Below the pieces are notes generated by a model that was not told the DNA's origin, searched no databases, and saw nothing but the letters and a program-made list of their open reading frames with translations. The position numbers were made by a program, and so were the translations under genes. From IMG/VR virus record IMGVR_UViG_3300031952_000010, positions 1 through 64,000 of that record: a stretch of 64,000 bases of DNA, one strand, 5' to 3'. The DNA is from a virus. Below, piece by piece: positions 59,928 to 64,000 of the stretch; the stretch's first letter is position 1; each line of letters starts with the position of its first letter.

Positions 59928-60057
59928 ACAACAAATATAACGCTCTTATTTGACTAAAACAAATTTTTTTATTATTTTCTTTCTAAAAATATTTTTTAAA
60001 AAGTTTTGGCAGTCTCAAAATTTATTGTATCTTTGTATTCACAAAAACGATATAACT

Positions 60058-60507
60058 ATGACAACTACCAACACAATCATCGACGTAACAACAGGAACAT
60101 TAGCAGGTGACGTATTCTACGGAAACTTTAAAACTCGTGTTAAAAATAAAGTAATTAATGTTATGGTTTCAAACCACTTGAAAGACATTAACAAAGAATA
60201 TGAATTCCGTATCGCAGGGAAATGTCAAGCAGGATTCATCAGTATCCACGATACTAAAGGAACCGCTGGTGAAGTTATCCGTGGATACCAAAAAAACTCT
60301 TTGGTTAATATCCAAGCAAAAAATGAGTTCGGTCATTGGATGAATGTTTACACAACTAAAGGTGGTAAATGGTACTCAATCGACAAAGGTTTCTTGGAAA
60401 CTATTACAGTTGGTACTATGAGAGAATCTTTCCCTGATATGTGCGATATGCAAATTTGGGAAAGAATGGGAGCTAAGACTTGGGCTGATAAGGCTTTCAC
60501 AAAATAA
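60058..60507 (+). CDS. hypothetical protein
   Basis: ATG downstream of TATCTTTG. Confidence 0.7.
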   Translation: MTTTNTIIDVTTGTLAGDVFYGNFKTRVKNKVINVMVSNHLKDINKEYEFRIAGKCQAGFISIHDTKGTAGEVIRGYQKNSLVNIQAKNEFGHWMNVYTTKGGKWYSIDKGFLETITVGTMRESFPDMCDMQIWERMGAKTWADKAFTK

Positions 60508-60523
60508 GAAGTTTTTACCAATA

Positions 60524-60554
60524 TTTGACTTTTTATGAAAGTCGTATATATTTA
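60524..60554 (+). promoter_or_regulatory. promoter candidate for leader 2
   Basis: TTTG-N19-TATATTTA. Confidence 0.55.
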
Positions 60555-60577
60555 ATAGAAAATACATAATACTGCAA

Positions 60578-60649
60578 ATGAAAAATTTAAATATCATACT
60601 ATTAGGCGGGACTGAGGCGGATACGTTAACTCGGACGGCGATGGTATGA
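60578..60649 (+). CDS. leader peptide 2 (23 aa) of tRNA array 2
   Basis: MKNLNIILLGGTEADTLTRTAMV with many G/C-ending codons. Confidence 0.8.
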   Translation: MKNLNIILLGGTEADTLTRTAMV

Positions 60650-60671
60650 TGTTTTGTCAACAATAACAATC

Positions 60672-60703
60672 AGAACCCATCTCCAAAAAAGATGGGTTTT
60701 TTT
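60672..60703 (+). terminator. attenuator terminator 2
   Basis: AACCCATCT-ccaaaaa-AGATGGGTT + T-run. Confidence 0.85.
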
Positions 60704-60756
60704 ATGTCTAAAAGTTGGTAATTAAATAAATTGTTGTATCTTTGTGAAACAATAAA

Positions 60757-60784
60757 GGGGATGAAACCCCGAGTTCTTTGACAT
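60757..60784 (+). promoter_or_regulatory. boxB-like hairpin + boxA-like element
   Basis: GGGG-atgaaa-CCCC then GAGTTCTTTGACAT. Confidence 0.65.
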
Positions 60785-60806
60785 GTTGGTTTGAAAAAAA
60801 AATTAA

Positions 60807-60878
60807 GGTCTATTCGTTCATCGGCTAGGATGCTACCCTGTCACGGTAGTGAGGAGGGTTCGATTCCCTCATGGACCG
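60807..60878 (+). tRNA. tRNA-Asp(GUC)
   Basis: CTACC-ctGTCac-GGTAG. Confidence 0.92.
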
Positions 60879-60889
60879 CAAACAATAAG

Positions 60890-60965
60890 GGGGGTGCATG
60901 TACCAAGGCATTGGCGATGTCGATTTGCAATCAACGTGAGGTGGGTTCGATTCCCATCATCTCCA
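60890..60965 (+). tRNA. tRNA-Ala(UGC)
   Basis: ttTGCaa loop; G3:U70 identity pair; atypical D-arm. Confidence 0.8.
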
Positions 60966-60978
60966 CACAAAAATATAT

Positions 60979-61050
60979 CGTGGGATAGAGCAGTGGTAGC
61001 TCGCAAGGCTCATAACCTTGAGGTCGGGGGTTCGAATCCCTCTCCCGCAA
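60979..61050 (+). tRNA. tRNA-Met(CAU), initiator-like
   Basis: C1xA72 mismatch; CAAGG-ctCATaa-CCTTG. Confidence 0.88.
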
Positions 61051-61059
61051 CTAATACAT

Positions 61060-61133
61060 CGTGGGTTAGACTGGAGGTGGTTCCAGCTTGGTCTCATAAG
61101 CCAAAGACGGGGGTTCGAGTCCCTCACCCGCAA
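61060..61133 (+). tRNA. tRNA-Met(CAU), second copy with C1xA72
   Basis: TTGGT-ctCATaa-GCCAA. Confidence 0.8.
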
Positions 61134-61211
61134 CAAATGTGTCTCAATTCCCTGAAGAAATTCAAAGTTGAGGTCTCGGTAGACAGAACGCGTCTGATTC
61201 TACCCAAATAC

Positions 61212-61284
61212 GCGAATATCGTATAGTGGTTTATTACTCCATCCTTCCAAGTTGGAGACGACAGTTCGATTCTGTCTATTCGCT
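61212..61284 (+). tRNA. tRNA-Gly(UCC)
   Basis: ctTCCaa loop; U73. Confidence 0.9.
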
Positions 61285-61291
61285 CAAAAAT

Positions 61292-61372
61292 GCTTAAGTG
61301 GTGGAATGGTATACACGTATGTCTTAGGAACATATGTCTTATGACGTGAGGGTTCGAGTCCCTCCTTAAGTA
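61292..61372 (+). tRNA. tRNA-Leu(UAG)
   Basis: TATGT-ctTAGga-ACATA. Confidence 0.92.
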
Positions 61373-61377
61373 CAAAA

Positions 61378-61937
61378 CCAAGGTAATGTCAGTAGGATGA
61401 GGCCGCAATCGGATTCCTTTGAACAACGCGTGAGGGGCGGCTTTCACGATGTGGCTGATAACCCGAGGTTTTAAGACCCCACGAGTAACGGAGATATCCG
61501 ACCGTTATGGAGTGTGAACCTGACTTGAAGGCTTCAAGGCTATGGGGGAGGCAACACAAACAAACACGGATTCCCCATTATGGATTAAGGGGGTAAGGGG
61601 CTTTAATTAGTCGTAATACAATCCACAAGTTGTAAGAACACTGAACAATCTTACAATACACACTCTGACTTCCGAGTGAGACTCACCACGTAACTTTGGG
61701 GGTAGGGTGAAGATGTTCTGAGGATAACACTGAACGCTGAACAGTAAAAACCATGACGCATTTGATTGGTAGAATAGGTTAAGACGGAGTGTGAAAGTAG
61801 AAACCCCCGATGGATGGTTACTAAGCTCTTTAACTCAAAAGGGATAGTCGGGAGGGATATATAAGCTTAAGGGAAACTATAAGTAAAAACTAGGTCAGTT
61901 CCGATTTAACCCCTATCGGTACGAGTGTCTGACCTTA
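61378..61937 (+). ncRNA. large structured ncRNA candidate (~560 nt)
   Basis: GC-elevated spacer between tRNAs with no tracked + strand ORF and many stems. Confidence 0.65.
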
Positions 61938-61939
61938 AT

Positions 61940-62012
61940 GCCTCCTTAGCTCAGTTGGCAGAGCACTTGTTTTGTAAACAAGATGTCGTTGGTTCGAATC
62001 CGACAGGAGGCT
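61940..62012 (+). tRNA. tRNA-Thr(UGU)
   Basis: CTTGT-ttTGTaa-ACAAG. Confidence 0.92.
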
Positions 62013-62038
62013 CAATGAGTAAGAGATACTCATCAAAT

Positions 62039-62124
62039 GCTCGGGTGGTGTAATTGGTAGCCACGCAAGACTTAAAATCTTGTGGACTGTAAGGTCCGTG
62101 CGGGTTCGATTCCCGCCCCGAGTA
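62039..62124 (+). tRNA. tRNA-Leu(UAA)
   Basis: CAAGA-ctTAAaa-TCTTG. Confidence 0.93.
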
Positions 62125-62126
62125 CT

Positions 62127-62324
62127 AAAACAAATCTTACATAAGACGGATTAGCACCGTTGAAAGGAACCTTGGCTTCACCGCGGAGTAATTACCGTAA
62201 CAGAAGTTCTAAATGCCCCAAGGTACTATGTAATGGACCCTGCTCTGATGTGCACGTCAACAGGTGATGGGGAACAAACCATCGGTCAAATCTAAACCTA
62301 CGGTGAGCGTAGAAGATTTGTTTT
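62127..62324 (+). ncRNA. structured ncRNA candidate (~200 nt)
   Basis: 12-bp closing stem AAAACAAATCTT/AAGATTTGTTTT with internal stems. Confidence 0.6.
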
Positions 62325-62329
62325 TATTT

Positions 62330-62404
62330 GGTCCCATCGTCTAACGGTTAGGACATCAGGTTTTCATCCTGAAAATCGGGGTTCGATTCCCCGTGGGACT
62401 ACCA
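62330..62404 (+). tRNA. tRNA-Glu(UUC)
   Basis: TCAGG-ttTTCat-CCTGA; encoded CCA. Confidence 0.93.
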
Positions 62405-62425
62405 AATATTCTTCATTTATATAAA

Positions 62426-62499
62426 GGACTTGTAGCTCAGTTGGTTAGAGCACCGCACTCATAATGCGTAGGTCCATGGTTCGAGTCCATGCTGGTCCA
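62426..62499 (+). tRNA. tRNA with CAU anticodon, probably Ile2 (lysidine, reads AUA)
   Basis: GG-start, TAGCTCAGTTGGTTAGAGC D-arm, ctCATaa loop; identity inferred. Confidence 0.75.
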
Positions 62500-62551
62500 C
62501 TTTTTTCAAATTATACATTGCCAGTCCAAATTTTTTTTGTATATTTGTTAT

Positions 62552-63052
62552 ATGAAAAATCAACTACCATATTGTAACACATCTGAAGCGATTAAAGGAT
62601 ATGATAATTCTCCTATTGCAAAATCCGAAACAAATGATTGTGTTGTTCGTGCGATAGCATCAGCATTTGACCTTGAATACGATAGAGCTCATAAATTTGT
62701 TGCCGACACATTTGGTCGTAAACCAAGACAAGGTACTTTTGGATTTGGTCCTGGTATGAATAAGATTGCCGAAGAAAGAACTCGTATTGGTAGAAAATGT
62801 GTCAAACCTATGGGTACTAAAGCAGAACACAGTTCTTTCCGTTCACTATCTTACGATGTTAAAGTTAAAGGAGTTAAAACTTCACGACAAATGACTGTGG
62901 GTACTTTCATTTCAAAATACCCTTTAGGTACTTATGTAGTTACAGTTAAACGTCACGCCTTCACTATTAAAGATGGTGTGGTTATCGGTAATCGTGAAGA
63001 TGCTATTCAGAAAAGAAAAATCATGTTATTGGCTTGGAGAGTTGGTTCATAA
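62552..63052 (+). CDS. conserved phage hypothetical protein
   Basis: NDCVVRAIA...HAFTIKDGVVI. Confidence 0.75.
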   Translation: MKNQLPYCNTSEAIKGYDNSPIAKSETNDCVVRAIASAFDLEYDRAHKFVADTFGRKPRQGTFGFGPGMNKIAEERTRIGRKCVKPMGTKAEHSSFRSLSYDVKVKGVKTSRQMTVGTFISKYPLGTYVVTVKRHAFTIKDGVVIGNREDAIQKRKIMLLAWRVGS

Positions 63053-63076
63053 TATATAACCCATATATTTATCAGT

Positions 63077-63664
63077 ATGTCAGATAGTATTATAAATTTC
63101 TTAAAGAAACAGGGAGATATTTTTAGTTCCGCTAAATATTTTGGTGGTATAGATAAATTACGTGAGATTGGTAAGACTAATCCTAAAATTATGGATATGA
63201 TAACTAAATCATCTTATGGTTATCTGGAATTTCAGGCGGGTGATAGGCCAAGACAAACTAAGACCTATAAATTTAATTTCTATGTATTAGATTATGATAT
63301 GGAGGACGATATGGGTGGTGGTGATTACAACCACGCTTATTTAGCAATTGACTTAATTGTTGATTACCCAAATTTAACAGATGAAGAAATTTTAAGAATT
63401 GGTCAATGGGCTGCTGAGTATTGTGAGGATGGTCGTTGTGACTATAACATTTCAAACAAAATCTTTGAAGATTCTTTGATTATGTCAGACGTTAAAAAAA
63501 TTAACGGTAAAGATGTCCCATGGGTATCAGGTTCTTTATTAAACAACCAATCAGATATCGTTCCCGATGAAGAAGTTGAAGAATTAATTAAGAAAAGCGA
63601 GAATGGTGGTACTGTTAAAGAATCCGTTATACGAATAAAAAAATTACTTAAAGTTGATTTATAG
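63077..63664 (+). CDS. hypothetical protein
   Basis: TATTTAT upstream; C-terminal VKESVIRIKKLL. Confidence 0.7.
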   Translation: MSDSIINFLKKQGDIFSSAKYFGGIDKLREIGKTNPKIMDMITKSSYGYLEFQAGDRPRQTKTYKFNFYVLDYDMEDDMGGGDYNHAYLAIDLIVDYPNLTDEEILRIGQWAAEYCEDGRCDYNISNKIFEDSLIMSDVKKINGKDVPWVSGSLLNNQSDIVPDEEVEELIKKSENGGTVKESVIRIKKLLKVDL

Positions 63665-63709
63665 ATTTATTTTTTATTTTATATTGTTTATTTTTATAAA
63701 AAAACAAAT

Positions 63710-64000
63710 ATGGGTAATAAAGTAAATGTTTTTGGGTTAGACAAATTAATTCAAAAACAATCGGCGGTAACTAAAAGTAAGATTTTAAGTCAAACCATTA
63801 TTGATGGTGTTAAAACAAAATTCATTAGACCTGTTCCTCATGAAGATGGGACATTATGTGAGATTGCCAGAGCAGATTGGGATGAAATTACTGACCCTAT
63901 TGTTCATACTCATGTAACAACAACTCAAGTAGGTAGAATTCGTGCTTGGGGATTACATCAAAATAGTACAGATAGATTATTCGTTGTTAAGGGACTTGTT
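63710..64000 (+). CDS. RmlC-like sugar epimerase / cupin (truncated by window end)
   Basis: IDGV...HEDG.LCE...GRIRAWGLHQ..TDRLFVVKG. Confidence 0.7.
   Translation, partial: MGNKVNVFGLDKLIQKQSAVTKSKILSQTIIDGVKTKFIRPVPHEDGTLCEIARADWDEITDPIVHTHVTTTQVGRIRAWGLHQNSTDRLFVVKGLV

Noticed and set aside
60376-61447. Tracked ORFs 60376-, 60791+, 60849+, 61124-
   Set aside because: They overlap tRNA genes or a better-supported sense gene.
61378-61937. RNase P RNA or tmRNA
   Set aside because: No GAGGAAAGTCC signature and no tRNA-Ala-like termini could be found by eye.

Overview
AT-rich, gene-dense segment of a large (jumbo-type) lytic dsDNA phage using the standard genetic code. The host is most likely Bacteroidota: TTTG-N19-TAnnTTTG promoters, no Shine-Dalgarno sites, and a DUF2452-like gene. 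No capsid, terminase or polymerase gene lies in the window. It holds many small hypothetical genes. About 25 of them share an N-terminal [ILV]-x-E leader, usually behind a TATTTAT motif, and are candidate head-packaged proteins. Recognisable genes include clpP, thyA, dnaK, an FKBP PPIase, PPK2, an AsnRS-like asparagine synthetase, an Acb1-like 2H phosphoesterase, lytic enzymes, glycosyltransferases and HNH nucleases. About 29 tRNA or tRNA-like genes sit in two arrays plus one lone tRNA-Arg, interleaved with unannotated structured RNAs. Main discovery: each tRNA array is preceded by promoter, short leader ORF, mutually exclusive antiterminator/terminator, then boxA. The codons of each leader list the amino acids of the tRNAs in its own array (leader 1: N,K,Q,H,M,V,I,S,F,C,W,Y,P,R; leader 2: I(ATA),L(CTA/TTA),G,T,E,A,D,M). 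This suggests ribosome-stalling attenuators that switch on phage tRNA supply when host tRNAs are depleted. A third, Asn-rich leader/terminator precedes the asparagine synthetase-like gene. All protein calls are motif recognition by eye and all RNA folds are hand-paired; no searches were run.
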